A stretch of DNA of 64,000 nt. Source: Paramoeba atlantica (taxonomy: Eukaryota; Protista; Discosea). Positions 27,973 to 39,800 of this stretch are shown piece by piece (the stretch's first letter is position 1; the number at the start of each line of letters is the position of its first letter). The notes below the pieces were generated by a model that worked only from the letters and a program-made list of their open reading frames with translations, made no database searches and was not told the origin of the DNA. Position numbers and translations under genes: made by a program. The stretch covers positions 434,001 to 498,000 of the forward strand of contig CDRNVI010000003.1 of the NCBI GenBank assembly GCA_977017575.1. The letters are read 5' to 3'.

Positions 27973-30183
27973 TTAAGTAGTTTCTTTTTTCACACCGTAG
28001 CGCAAATCCGTCATCATGCGTGGCAATGCTTCTGTTCTAGCTAAGTCATCCAGCACAAATGGAAGAATCTGTTCATGCAAGGTGTAAAGTAGCTCACTGC
28101 GCAGAAGCTGGCGGAAGTACTCTAGCATGACCAAAGCAATGCGTGGTGCAGGCTTTTCTTTTGCAGGGCGTAAAGAAGCCTCTACCAAATATTCATGAGC
28201 TTCCACGAATACATCCGTCATATCTGGGCTCAGGTAATCCGAAGTATAGTGTCGTAAAAGATTCAGCATTATTTCATAAGGCGCCGTTGATTTTTTCCCC
28301 GATTGTAAGTGTTCCTGAAAAGCTTGGAAAAATGATTTCCACAGCTCCTCACCACACTCCTGATGTACGAGTATCAAAGTTACAATATCTCGTCTCATCG
28401 CGAAAGCTCCAATAAGGTCTTGCTCGATCTTTTCAATGAGAAGCCCCCAAACCGTAGCGGCATGGGGGCGAAGAATGGCTAGCACTAAACTACTCGTCTC
28501 GCTACATTGCAGCAGCTCATACAAGATATGAAATGCTTCCACGCGACATGAGGATAGTGTGCCACACTGCAGGAGTAGCCCGATCAAACGACTTTCCTCT
28601 AATTCCTCCAGAAGCCTCTGCCACGCGGAGAGGTCGTGGTCAACGCTTTCCATCAGCAGCGTGAGCACATTGCGAAGAAATTTTAGCATATCGTGCAGCG
28701 GGAGAAGAGGCTCCGCCCCGTCGGGGACCATGCCGAGTAGACGATAGCACGCCGTCACGGTGCGACTCAACACGTTCTCCGCTATGAGTAACTCCGCCAG
28801 CTTGCTCTTCTGCGAGATAAGAAACTCCTTCAGCCCACCATACTCATAGTTGGAGCTCTCATCATGACTCTTAAGCAGAACACACTCATACAGGTACGTA
28901 ATATTCAAAACATGATGCACCTCTCTCTCCGTACTCGCGCTCAGCTTAATCCCAAACCTCGTTTTCCTTGCCCAGCACCGCTCCACATGCGGCACAAACC
29001 CCTGCGGCGTCCCCCCCTCCAGCAACTCCAGGAACGACCAAAACTGAGTCCGCAATAGGGTCCCATACACCCGTCGCGTACGACTCTGCATCAGGTAATC
29101 CGCCGCCTGGTACCCCAACCGGCACCCCTCCGCGACGCCTTTCACCCTACAGAACCGCCCGTACTCAAACAGCCTTCGGTAGAGCTCCGCGTTCAGCTTT
29201 ACGTTATCCTCGGTGAAGTGGGTCTCGTGGGACTGACTCCGGCGGGGAGTGGGGGTTCCCTCCTCGGCGGTGGTCACCTGCCGGGGGTAGGCCTCCAGGT
29301 GTTGCTTGATGTCACTCCCACGGAGGGTGTCGAGGTAGGACACGAGTTGGTGGAGCCAGGGGAGTACCTTGGAGGGGTCAAGGGAGGGGGAGAAGGTGAG
29401 GGGGGTGGTGGTGGGCCGTGTGGAGGTGTCATGGGGGGGGAAGGGAGAGGGGGTGGTGGGGGTGGAGAAGAGAGTAGGGGTAGGGGGGGTGGGGGCGGTT
29501 TCAAAGGAGGAAGAGGAGGGGGAGGTGGGGACGATTTCGGGGGAGGGGGTGAGAGGGGAAGGGGAGGTGGAGGGTAGAGTTAAGGTGGTGAGGGGGTCGT
29601 GAAGTGGGATGTTGGCGGCGTCGATGTCGGGGAGAAGAGGAGGGCTGGCGGCGTCCTCTTCGTGGGGGACGGGTTTACGGTGGGTAGATCGTAGGGTCGG
29701 AGATGTGGTACTTTTTGCAGGGGAAAGGGTTTTCTTGGTGTCTCTTTTGGGAGATGCTTTCTGTTTTTTCTCCTTTCCGTGGGTCATTGATTTGGGCTCC
29801 AGTTTCGGAAATTCAGCAGAAAAACACAGAGGGTCAGTATTGGGGTGTGTACTTTTTGTTGTGGATATTGAGGAAACACTGGTGGACTTTCTCTCAGGTT
29901 CAGGAGTAGCCGCTTTTATCGCCAGAATCGCGTCACCCAAAGATTTTCTGCGACCACGAGTTCCTCGTACATCATTCCTTGCTTTGGATTTTTGAGCTGA
30001 CTGTGACACACGCAAAGACTCAAAAAAGGGAGTCTCGGGTGTTCTTTCCTCGGGAACATTTAAGAGGGGTTGGTTTGGAGAGTCGCTCGCAACTGTTCTG
30101 CGTCGCCTATTCGGGGTTTTGAGAGATTCTGGAGATTCTAATTTATTCGTATGCGATACAGAGGCCGTAACCATTATGAGCAC
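27973..30183 (-). CDS. Hypothetical protein: disordered Pro/Thr/Ser-rich N-half, helical C-half
   Basis: 736-aa ORF on the cluster strand; no family recognised. Confidence 0.8.
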   Translation of the reverse strand: MLIMVTASVSHTNKLESPESLKTPNRRRRTVASDSPNQPLLNVPEERTPETPFFESLRVSQSAQKSKARNDVRGTRGRRKSLGDAILAIKAATPEPERKSTSVSSISTTKSTHPNTDPLCFSAEFPKLEPKSMTHGKEKKQKASPKRDTKKTLSPAKSTTSPTLRSTHRKPVPHEEDAASPPLLPDIDAANIPLHDPLTTLTLPSTSPSPLTPSPEIVPTSPSSSSFETAPTPPTPTLFSTPTTPSPFPPHDTSTRPTTTPLTFSPSLDPSKVLPWLHQLVSYLDTLRGSDIKQHLEAYPRQVTTAEEGTPTPRRSQSHETHFTEDNVKLNAELYRRLFEYGRFCRVKGVAEGCRLGYQAADYLMQSRTRRVYGTLLRTQFWSFLELLEGGTPQGFVPHVERCWARKTRFGIKLSASTEREVHHVLNITYLYECVLLKSHDESSNYEYGGLKEFLISQKSKLAELLIAENVLSRTVTACYRLLGMVPDGAEPLLPLHDMLKFLRNVLTLLMESVDHDLSAWQRLLEELEESRLIGLLLQCGTLSSCRVEAFHILYELLQCSETSSLVLAILRPHAATVWGLLIEKIEQDLIGAFAMRRDIVTLILVHQECGEELWKSFFQAFQEHLQSGKKSTAPYEIMLNLLRHYTSDYLSPDMTDVFVEAHEYLVEASLRPAKEKPAPRIALVMLEYFRQLLRSELLYTLHEQILPFVLDDLARTEALPRMMTDLRYGVKKETT

Positions 30184-30391
30184 CTTTTCGATTACAGCTG
30201 AGTAGTCATGATAGTAACATTCGTTGAAAAATACTAATATATTTGGAATAAAAATAAGGAATGTATTTGGAAGAGTAGGCGTTATTTAGATCATTGTAAA
30301 TATCCAATGTACGAATAATACCGAGGATACGAAAATGTAACGTTCAACGTGACAAAGCATAAACAAATAGCTTAATAACAAACTGAATTCT

Positions 30392-31552
30392 CTATAGCTT
30401 TGATATAGCTATATTCGAGTCTTGTGAAGATGAATCAATCATTTGCGAGTCAACATCCAGGTCACCATCCTCAGGAACGGTATCGAAGAAGTTTTGTACT
30501 GCGGTATCGCTCACGTCTGCCAAAGCAGAGGGAACCCAACGGGGATCTTTGGTTTTTTCCCGCAACTGAGCGCGCACGCCCTCATCAAAATCCGGTGAAC
30601 GACATAAAAATCCTTGGCTAAGACGATATTCCAAACGGAAGTTTTCTTGTGGTGTAGGTAGACTCTGTACACGTCGAAACATTTCCCAGGTTACTTTCAC
30701 TGAGAGTGGAGCATTACGAAGTAGTGATTGAAGTATCGCATCCACAAATTCGGAAGTGGGCTCGGCGGACAGAGCATTAAGTGCATCTTCTACGGTTTGT
30801 GCGTCACAAAAGGCTCGATGCAGGCATTGTAATTGGGAAGGACTCCACTCCTGGAGCTCAGTCGGAGCGTTTACAGGTTCGTGGTAACTTGTAATCAAGC
30901 CATCCACTTCCGCTGGCTCCTTTACGCGACGCAACGACTCAACTAGCTCAGGTAGACGTGCACGTGGCACGAAATGAGTACCCAACCCGGAAGTTATCAC
31001 ATCACGCCCGTACAGCCGCCGCCCCGTGAGCCCAAGACAGCGACCCAAGGCCAAAGGCTTCACACGCGGAAGAAAAAGACTTGCACCGGAGTCCGGAAAG
31101 TGCCCTATCGCACACTCGGGCATTGCAAACACTGTATTCTCCGTGCACACGCGGTGTGAGCCATGCATCGCAAGCCCCGCCCCGCCTCCCATGGTGATCC
31201 CATCCAGCAAAGCGAGATGCGGGATGGCATGTGCCCGAGAGAGGGTTCCAATGGTGTAATTCAAACAGTACTGATCTTTGAAGTAGTGCGGTCGGGTACC
31301 ACGCGGGGTGTCCGTGCTGATGGCAACGACATCCCCACCCGCGCTAAAAGCCCGAGGACAGGAACTACGGAGGACTACGACACAGCGTTGGCTCTGGGTG
31401 GACCATGTTTGGTACAGAGTACGAAGGGAACGTACCATAGACCAAGAAAGAGCATTCAATGCACCGGGACGGTTCAATGTTAAGAATTTTGTGACACCAC
31501 AGTCCTCTAGAAGAAGGTGACCGCCAGCCAATGAGAAAAAAGACATGATCAA
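30392..31552 (-). CDS. HIBCH: 3-hydroxyisobutyryl-CoA hydrolase
   Basis: LNRPGALNALS, AFSAGGDV, LDGITMGGGAG, FAMPECAIGHFPD, DFDEGVRA, PRWVP. Confidence 0.92.
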   Translation of the reverse strand: MIMSFFSLAGGHLLLEDCGVTKFLTLNRPGALNALSWSMVRSLRTLYQTWSTQSQRCVVVLRSSCPRAFSAGGDVVAISTDTPRGTRPHYFKDQYCLNYTIGTLSRAHAIPHLALLDGITMGGGAGLAMHGSHRVCTENTVFAMPECAIGHFPDSGASLFLPRVKPLALGRCLGLTGRRLYGRDVITSGLGTHFVPRARLPELVESLRRVKEPAEVDGLITSYHEPVNAPTELQEWSPSQLQCLHRAFCDAQTVEDALNALSAEPTSEFVDAILQSLLRNAPLSVKVTWEMFRRVQSLPTPQENFRLEYRLSQGFLCRSPDFDEGVRAQLREKTKDPRWVPSALADVSDTAVQNFFDTVPEDGDLDVDSQMIDSSSQDSNIAISKL

Positions 31553-31898
31553 GGTGGAGAGGAGTACGATACGTGTGAGGATACATCTGATTCCTATACT
31601 AACGGACTCCTATACTCCTGTAATGGAAAGGTTTTCTTCTTTCCTCCCTGTACAAAGTAGTAACCGAAATTAGACAGAATCATAAACGGTAAAAAGCCTT
31701 TAAAGAGGTGGCGTACCCAACTTTGCTTTCTTTTAGTGTGAAAACAGCGCAAAAACACAAAACTTTGTGAGAGCTCTCGAACATGCTATTGTTTTCCAAA
31801 ATTGGACAAGTTTTACGAATTTTAGACCCCCCGCAGCATCTGATTTACCCTCCTGTATCAAGTCAAGGAACCAACAGTACGATGACGATCTGTTTCAC

Positions 31899-32516
31899 TC
31901 ATACATTTGTAGAATCAACAAGAGTACCACGTATTGGTATTTTCGCAACCAAGCATGCGCGCTGAACCACTGATTTATCCTTCGGGTGCCTAAGTTCTCT
32001 CCGTTTAGGATCTGTTAGAATTTCATATGCGTCCCACACTAGACGGCACGACAAGGGTAACCTGTTATAATATTCTTTAGATTTTTCCAAGGTCGCCTTT
32101 TTAATGTTCTCATAGTTTAGCTGGGAGTCGTTAACTTCTTTTTGATCATTATCGAATCGTTCCTTTATTAGTAAGCCTCTTTCTTCAGCTTCTGTGATGC
32201 CACTCGTAGACGCAACGTGATGTCTTGACGGAGAATCTGCATCACAGAAATATGTTGCGTTGCTCTCAATGTCCAGTACTCCCCATGCCTCACTACTGTT
32301 TTCATTATCATCTGCAAAATCCCACCAGGATTCGGCACCGTCTGTATTAATTCCTTTCGACATCAGGAATTCTTTCTTTTCTTCACCGGTGCCATCATAA
32401 TAATGTGCATTGAATCGATGCATTTCCTTCCAAATATGGTGAACTTCCGGGTGAATTGATTCCACTGAGCTAGATTTTGAGTTCTTGGATATGCTGCTAT
32501 TCATGAAAGGATTCAT
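31899..32516 (-). CDS. Hypothetical protein with a J-domain-like C-terminal helix
   Basis: DAYEILTDPKRRE resembles J-domain helix III/IV; no HPD motif. Confidence 0.5.
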   Translation of the reverse strand: MNPFMNSSISKNSKSSSVESIHPEVHHIWKEMHRFNAHYYDGTGEEKKEFLMSKGINTDGAESWWDFADDNENSSEAWGVLDIESNATYFCDADSPSRHHVASTSGITEAEERGLLIKERFDNDQKEVNDSQLNYENIKKATLEKSKEYYNRLPLSCRLVWDAYEILTDPKRRELRHPKDKSVVQRACLVAKIPIRGTLVDSTNV

Positions 32517-32806
32517 AGAAACTATGATTAATTTTTCGATTTAAACAGTAAGAACTACGAATGCCATGGGCATAAATAAGACAAGAATAAATAAAGTTAA
32601 AACAAACATATTCTTTCAGAAAAAAAAACAGAAAGGAAATGAATCTGGAGCAGTATTTAGATCCTTTCTTGTAGGGATAAACACATAAACAAACTAAGAA
32701 TGTTGTACGTGCTGCGCGAGACAAGTACCTATACTGTCTGTAGGTATTTCTGTGACAGACACAAGTATATTAAATGGATAGAGAACACCCACACGGTCAC
32801 CCAAGA

Positions 32807-33469
32807 TTACTCAAAATCTTTCGCGTGTTTCAGCTTCTCGTCCCTTTTAGCTCTTCTTGCCGCTTTGCGTTCCATAAGCTTCGTGTACTCCTCGTCATAT
32901 ATCTCTTTGCGGAGCTGAGCAATCAAAGCCTCGTTGGCCCATAGTTTGATCATCCGTCTCCTCTTGTGCTGCTCTTTTTGCAGCTCCGAGTGCTCAGCGT
33001 CAAATGCAGTTTGCAGTCGCTCTCGAAAGGGATGTCTACCCCGATTGTAGGTAGTAAGATCCCCAAGATACGAATTTTTGTCAATATCAAACGCTGTGGC
33101 TAATTCGTCGGCGCGATGCCTACGTGAGCGTTTTGACCCCTTGTTCCATTCTTGATTTTGACACTTGAGGGACTCATGAAGCTCACAGGAAAATGCTTCC
33201 ACTTTTTTGTCAACTTCAAGCGGTGTCAGTGCATCGTCTTTTTCTAGTTCTGCACGTAAGGTAGCTATTTGACTCTCGATATCCCTCTCTTTTTCGTAGT
33301 CTTGCAATTCCGCATTTAATTCTTCTTCAAGAGTAAAAGAGTCGTCTGCACGGTCTCGATAATTTGGTTTCAGGCGATCATCTGCACGCTTACGATGAGC
33401 AAGATTGCGAGAGACGTATCCGCTCGATGCAGTACCACGGTGTGTGCGGTTCCCTACGTGATTGTACAT
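32807..33469 (-). CDS. CWC21: Spliceosomal protein CWC21/SRRM2-like
   Basis: MYNHVGNRTHRGTASSGYVSRNLA N-terminal signature; cwf21 domain HEKERDIE-like..EVDKKVEAF. Confidence 0.85.
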   Translation of the reverse strand: MYNHVGNRTHRGTASSGYVSRNLAHRKRADDRLKPNYRDRADDSFTLEEELNAELQDYEKERDIESQIATLRAELEKDDALTPLEVDKKVEAFSCELHESLKCQNQEWNKGSKRSRRHRADELATAFDIDKNSYLGDLTTYNRGRHPFRERLQTAFDAEHSELQKEQHKRRRMIKLWANEALIAQLRKEIYDEEYTKLMERKAARRAKRDEKLKHAKDFE

Positions 33470-33728
33470 GCCAGTGTATTTAGTAGCGATATTGAATACC
33501 TACAAACAAACTACACCAAAATGTACAAATAATCCTTTATCATGAATAAGACATTTTTAAAGAAACTGTTTCTCTAAACTCACACAAACACCGTTCAACA
33601 AGCACACTACAGTGTTCCATGTTCCTTGAAACCACAACCTATAGAAACAATCGAAAGCTGTGGTTGCATTTTAATAGAAAAAATCAAAAAAGAGAACAAT
33701 TATAAGCTTTAGGAGCAGTTTAAAAATA

Positions 33729-33914
33729 CTGTTCCCCTCTTTAAGCGCACCACGTTTTTCTTCAAAAGTTCGCTTAAACGGGGGGGGGTCTGAATCACTA
33801 CAGTACATAAAACTAATTTTCGCGCTGCGAAGCGGTGCCAAAGTCAACATCTCAAAAGTCTGTGCACTTAATTGTGGGGGTCTCACCGGGTGCTCTTAAA
33901 CGGAAGGGATACAG
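33729..33914. mobile_element. Degenerate TA-flanked MITE related to the 49-kb element
   Basis: TA|CTGTTCCCCTCTTTAAGCGCACC at the left end; GGTGCTCTTAAACGGAAGGGATACAG|TA at the right end. Confidence 0.55.
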
Positions 33915-34300
33915 TAAACTTCAGTTCAACTTTATGTTTGTATGTACCTCGTTTTCCGTGAAAAGTGCGCTTAAAAAAAAGGGGGGCATCCGCACCCTTA
34001 TCTGTCATAAACGCACCCTTATCGGTAAATGAGGGGGGAATGCGCAGGGTGTGACAAGCAATGATTAAACTTAATAGAACGAGCATAAATCCTAATGCTC
34101 GGCTCTTTTTTTGAAGTTGATGCATTCTCCACGCCAAAAACTTGCTTTTCAAAACTGCATCTGAAGATACTCTCATTTTTAAAATCTCTTCAAAACAATT
34201 TTCCGTTTAAGCGCACCAAGGCAGTCCCCTATGTACACCTGACATCGTATTTCTAATTATGCATCAGTGCAAGCGCTTTTTGCTTTCTTCGCTTGTTACT

Positions 34301-36328
34301 TTATGGCTTGACATCTATGTCCGCACTATAGATAGAATCTATTAATGATAAACACTCTGAGCGCATCTCTGACACGATGGCTCGATCACCAATCCTATGA
34401 ATAATCGGACTGAGCGAGGTCTCTAGCTTCTCAAGCACAGATTTCCTTTGCAAAGTATTACCGGTTTTTTCTTTCAACCATCTAAGAGGACTTACAGATC
34501 CAGTACTCGGACGCTTGACTAACTTACTTTTAATACTTTCAAGTGCGCGATTCTGAAACGTTTTCGCTGCAGTATGCAGCAGATGAAATTCATCCGACAA
34601 GAGTGGACCAGGAGCAAGTAAGCAAGAGCTTTGGTCTTTATTTGGATGGATGATTCTCATTAGATAGAACTCCACACCCCCGAGAAGAAGCAAATAAAAG
34701 GACGTATTGATGCTGAGCAGCGCATGTAGCGTTGGCTCGGTTGTATCCACTTTACGATACTTTTTGTGCAATTCTCGAAGAATTATTCTAAAGATATTGG
34801 CTATGTACTTTCTCAGATTTAAAACAGAATCTATGTTCCATTGCAGAAGAGGCTTTACGTCGCTTAAAAACTTGCGGAGACGTAAACCTACCATTGCGAC
34901 GTGTTCGCTAAAAGGCATAAGCCCATCTCGAACAACATCTGAACAATTTTCAGTCGTACTTTCCTGTGACTTGAAAGAGAGAGCTGGATAGAGAGGATGC
35001 TGGTTTAAAAATGATTCGGCAATGTTGGTTTCAAATTCAGCGGGAGATTTCACGTGAAAAGGAGCAAAGAATACACTATTATCTACCTCTAAAATACTCT
35101 GTATTTTTTCTAATAGTTCTTGGCTTAGTACTGCGAGAACGTGATCTTCCAATTTGAAAAATATGGTGCGTATAATCATATTCGGCGTACTTGCTATAAA
35201 TAAGTCTAAAGACTTCACAAAAATGTGAGCAGACTTCAGCGCATCCTCCAATAACTCACGTTTAGTTTGGGATCTGAGAATTAGATTTACTGTGATTTCA
35301 AGCTGTAACACAGCAAGTTCAAAAATGAAATAAAACAATGAAAGATCAATGGGCGAAAACCGAAACCCCTTTTGAGTCCAGCATTGAAGGCGAAACAGAA
35401 GACCGAATAGCTTTTGACAACACATTTCTGGATTTGTGGAAAATTCTTTTGTAATAGTAGAACACACAAGTTCAGCGTACTCCCTCTCTGACATGCGTAC
35501 ATACTCTATTAGCTGTGAACGAGCATCTAACAATTCGTAACAATCTTCAAACAAAAAACACTTTCGAAAAGCGGACCTTAAAGAGTTTCGTGCTATCAAA
35601 ATGTTCTGTGCGCAGTGCGCTTTATTGTTTCTGTCACCTGCATTGGTCACCATCGAATTTTCTGTAGCCTGTGGTATTGACTCCCGTATGGAACCAAAAA
35701 CGTCAACACCTATTCGTTCTTCTTCTTGGCGTTGATACCTAATCCAAGTTTCTAATTCCATAGTTAGCGCTTGTAAAATATTTTGGCGGACACTACGTAC
35801 CGTATGCTCTATCCAATTAATTATCTTGTCAGCGCCAAACTGGGAAACTCCGATATTCTTCCATAGTAGACATACTTCATGTAGCAGCCTGGAAGCAGCA
35901 AAAATGGAATCTTTGCTTAAGAAATCTTTTGTTTCATTTAGTAACTTCAGTATTTGAGCAAGTCTTTCAAGGTGTAGTTTAGTGGATTTCATCTCATGTA
36001 GTTCAGCAACTTTGGATGAAAACACTTTTATTCGCTTTTCTTGAGTAGAAAATTTACATAAAATTTCTCCGATCTTGCGTTTTTCGTCATCTAAGTTGAT
36101 CCGGATGCAATCCTGTGAATCACCTGTCCCCTCTGAAACTTTCTCTTCTGCAACACGGGACATTCTTTCGGCACCCGAAGTAAGACTTTCTAATTCACCG
36201 AAAACGACAGCGCATGCTGTAAGTACTGCTGGATCCAGTTGCGTGTCGTTTTCCAGTTCATCCATGACAAAAAAATATGTAGAACACAGTATTTGTGTAT
36301 TGCTAATCCAAGATATCATTACATTCAC
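34301..36328 (-). CDS. Exocyst subunit Sec15/EXOC6-like helical protein (start may be at 36265)
   Basis: N-terminal coiled coil; LETWIRYQRQEEERIG..F and CFLFEDCYELL resemble Sec15 segments from memory. Confidence 0.5.
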   Translation of the reverse strand: MNVMISWISNTQILCSTYFFVMDELENDTQLDPAVLTACAVVFGELESLTSGAERMSRVAEEKVSEGTGDSQDCIRINLDDEKRKIGEILCKFSTQEKRIKVFSSKVAELHEMKSTKLHLERLAQILKLLNETKDFLSKDSIFAASRLLHEVCLLWKNIGVSQFGADKIINWIEHTVRSVRQNILQALTMELETWIRYQRQEEERIGVDVFGSIRESIPQATENSMVTNAGDRNNKAHCAQNILIARNSLRSAFRKCFLFEDCYELLDARSQLIEYVRMSEREYAELVCSTITKEFSTNPEMCCQKLFGLLFRLQCWTQKGFRFSPIDLSLFYFIFELAVLQLEITVNLILRSQTKRELLEDALKSAHIFVKSLDLFIASTPNMIIRTIFFKLEDHVLAVLSQELLEKIQSILEVDNSVFFAPFHVKSPAEFETNIAESFLNQHPLYPALSFKSQESTTENCSDVVRDGLMPFSEHVAMVGLRLRKFLSDVKPLLQWNIDSVLNLRKYIANIFRIILRELHKKYRKVDTTEPTLHALLSINTSFYLLLLGGVEFYLMRIIHPNKDQSSCLLAPGPLLSDEFHLLHTAAKTFQNRALESIKSKLVKRPSTGSVSPLRWLKEKTGNTLQRKSVLEKLETSLSPIIHRIGDRAIVSEMRSECLSLIDSIYSADIDVKP

Positions 36329-36874
36329 TAGTTGATACCCAGTTCATCCTTGCGTATAATTCATACATGTAAACTTATATGATACGCTACAAGTTACTGC
36401 ATAGTGCGACGGACTTTGGCCAAACGGCACCATAAGTGGGGGTTACTCGAATTTACAAGAAAAGATACGTTCATCAAAATTAATTAAAAGTTTGGAAAGA
36501 AAAGTGGTAAAACGTAGTTTCTGACTATAAATTTAATAGAAAGTTTTAGGAGTGCTACTCGCAAATCAAGCAAAATATGCGTATTTCCCCAATTTTTACC
36601 ACACGCCTGAAAAATCTGAAACCAAAAATCCGGAAAAACTAAAACTGGGGGGCGCCCCGCGACAGTATAGTGTACGTGTTATGGGGAGGTCACCCCATGT
36701 ACGTGGGGGGGGTACAATACGTAGGAGTGCTCGAATCCTGCCATTACATTTTTCGTTTGGTTTGGTTGCGGGTTGAAAAGCACCATTCGCCTAAACCCCG
36801 AACAATACATTTCCACCTTTGATTGTTATTTTCGGTGTTTATTAAATATAGCGAATTCACAATTATGCCATCCG

Positions 36875-39800
36875 CTATCGACTGAACAGAAAACGTAAAT
36901 CTTCTTCTGTAAGCTTCGCAATAGAATTTCGCTGTGCATCTATAGTACCCTCAAACACAAGCTGTTTCTTTTGTTGAAGCTCCAGCATGCGCTCCTCGAT
37001 CGTATCCCGAGTAATAAAACGCGTGACGTACACTTTCTTACATTGTCCTATACGGTGCACTCTCTGTGCGGCCTGCATTTCAACCGCAGGATTCCACCAT
37101 GGGTCAATGAGAAACACATGATTTGCAACCTGTAAGTTTAGTCCTTCGCCACCAGCCTTCAGGGATATTAGCATTACTTTAACACTGCTTTCCGGATTTC
37201 GAAACTTGGAAAGCATTGATTGCCGCATTACCAAAGGCATTGAACCAAGGAGCTTCGTCGTTTGCACTTTCTCTTTCTGAAGTCTCCACTCAACGAGGTC
37301 TAACATATTGGCATATTGAGAGAATATTATAGCTTTATCCTGATCTGGAAGTCTTAAATTCAGTGATGTTATTTTCTCAAGCTTGGATGATGACTCAAAT
37401 TTTGATGTGTCTACTCGTTGCAAGATATTCCTGCGTCCCCGCAGAAGTGCTTTGGATTCACCACTCTTTGGTAGGGATGGAAGTCCTTGAGGTTCGTTTT
37501 CCTGAGGTAGTTGCGGGGGCGGAATGGGACGAATTTCTTCGTCTTCACTACTACTTGAATTACTTTCCTCTTCTTTAGAAGCTCGAATAGAGTTAAGATC
37601 TAATGTCAAAGGTGAAAAACAACGAGGGCATCCAATATCTCCTTGTGGAGCTTGTGATATGTACTCATAAAGACAGTTACGGTGAAACGTATGAAGGCAA
37701 GGCTTCGTTGATGTTACATGCGAAGGAGAAACCAGGTCTTGACATAACGCACAAATGTCAAGCGCGGGATTTGATGTTGCAGTTCCTTTCTCTGGCAGCT
37801 CTGCACTGCCTGCACGGTACAGTACGATATAAGGATGATCAAGCGCCTGCCTAAGGCTTGACAGAAGATCAAAAATATGAGCATAATTATTCAGTAGCGT
37901 TCCCTTCTTTACGAAAGTATCAAATTTGGCCTCACTGCGCTTGTAAAGGGATTCATAAAAATCACGTTCCTCAAGACGCAATTCTACATAAGAAACACTC
38001 ACTTGTAAAGCATCAAGATTTAAATCAGCGCTTTGTTCGCTCTTTGTGCGCCGAAGCATTACCTGATCTAAAACCTTCTCCTTAAGCGTAAGAAGACCTT
38101 TGCGTCCATCACCTATGTATCCGTAACGACGAATCGGATTCAGTACATGCTTGTTGAAATAGCCATAATGCTGCAAAGGACCATGCCCGCATTGAATGCA
38201 TCGCCGGTGTTGTTTCCACGTAAACGGATAAGCCAATGTGGTACATTTACAGTCGCTTGCCTGGCAGTAGTATCGTGAAAATTTTGGCACTCTAATAAAT
38301 CGAATAAGACTGTATAGCTCTCCAACTCGGTTCTGTAAAGGAGTACCAGTCAGACACCACTTAAAGGATCCCCGAAGTGCAAAGATTCCGCGCGCTGTTG
38401 ATGTGGTCTTGCTCTTAATCTTGTGTGCTTCATCTAAGACAATACGGTACCATTGAATCCCATGTACTACACTTCGTGAGAAATCTAGTGGGACACCTTC
38501 AAATCCTTCTATGTCAGCTTCATCTTCTGGCAAAGGTGCATTATCACGGTCTTCCGCCTGTTTGAATTCCCAATCCTTGCGAAAGTTTGTCTTCACCCTT
38601 TGAAGAAATGGCTTATCATCGTCAGAATCGGTTGAATCTTTGAGACAGTCAGATACTCTGAAAGTGGGTTCCGGTAATCGCTTCTGTGAAGGCTTAGATT
38701 TTGCAGAACTTCTCAGACAAGCTTCAGTCTCAACGTCATTACATTCAACTATCTCCAATGGTTCTTCTTCGGATTTTACTGCAACAGAGTTGGTATCTTC
38801 GCAAAGTGAGTTTTGTCCTTCATTTTTAATAATTTCTTTTGCTGTTAGGCTTGCAGGTTTTCCCTGAGCACTTTTAAGCCCTTTAACTTTAGTTTTAGGG
38901 GATGAATTTGAATGCTTGAGCAACTCGCTTCCCTCCTTTTCGCTGTTCTCATTTTCGGCCTTCATTATATAATCTCGGCGATCGAAACGACTGTATGCTC
39001 GCCGACCAGCATCTGCCATCAGTTCTCGATATATTGCCATAGGTGTTCCCATCTTTTTCTGAATGTTTTCGATATTTTCTGATTTCACCGATTCTTTTGC
39101 GCTATTCGTAGTTTCGTTTTTGGTTGGATGGCTGACAACGTTTTTTCTACGGGTAAGGAACCGCTGTACAAGAGTATCACTTTCATCATTTGAAGCAAGA
39201 CTTCTACCATCAACTTCGCGCGATGCCTCTACTATCGCTTCGTTTTCTCCAACAACCTTCAGCGAGCGCAAACCCTTCTGTACAGTCTGCGAGCTTTGTT
39301 TTTTCTCTTGTTTGCGTTGTTTCAGTGTTTTGGCAGCGTCGGGGCCGCAGTAATATTTCAAATGAACAGCCATCTTTCGAGGCAGAAAGGCTTTCCCACA
39401 GTAGGAACACTTTATTTTTTTCTCTGCCGTCAGTTTACGCCATTGTGCTTCAATTGTATGGTATGTCGTGAGAACCACATCTGCGCGAAGTATATCTTCG
39501 GAGGAAGGTAAAACTTTCTCACTTCCATGAAAAACAAGAACTCGCAGAGAACCTGGTTCCGTGTAATTCGCTATTTCCTCCTTCCATTGTAACATTGAAG
39601 AAAGAGGACACACAACAAGAGTGGGACCGTAGCCTCGTCGCTCTAAAAGGAGTGCCACAGTTTGAATCGTTTTTCCCATTCCCATTTCGTCGGCCAGCAG
39701 TCCTCCACGAACAGCAGAACGCGCGGTTGAAAGATCTGCCGACTCAGCGGCTTCTTCTTGTTCGCACATCCAACCAAAGCCTTCCATTTGATACGGCAAC

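Noticed and set aside
29218-29995. Gly-rich and Pro-rich overlapping ORFs
   Set aside because: By-products of the G/C-run island within the 736-aa gene.
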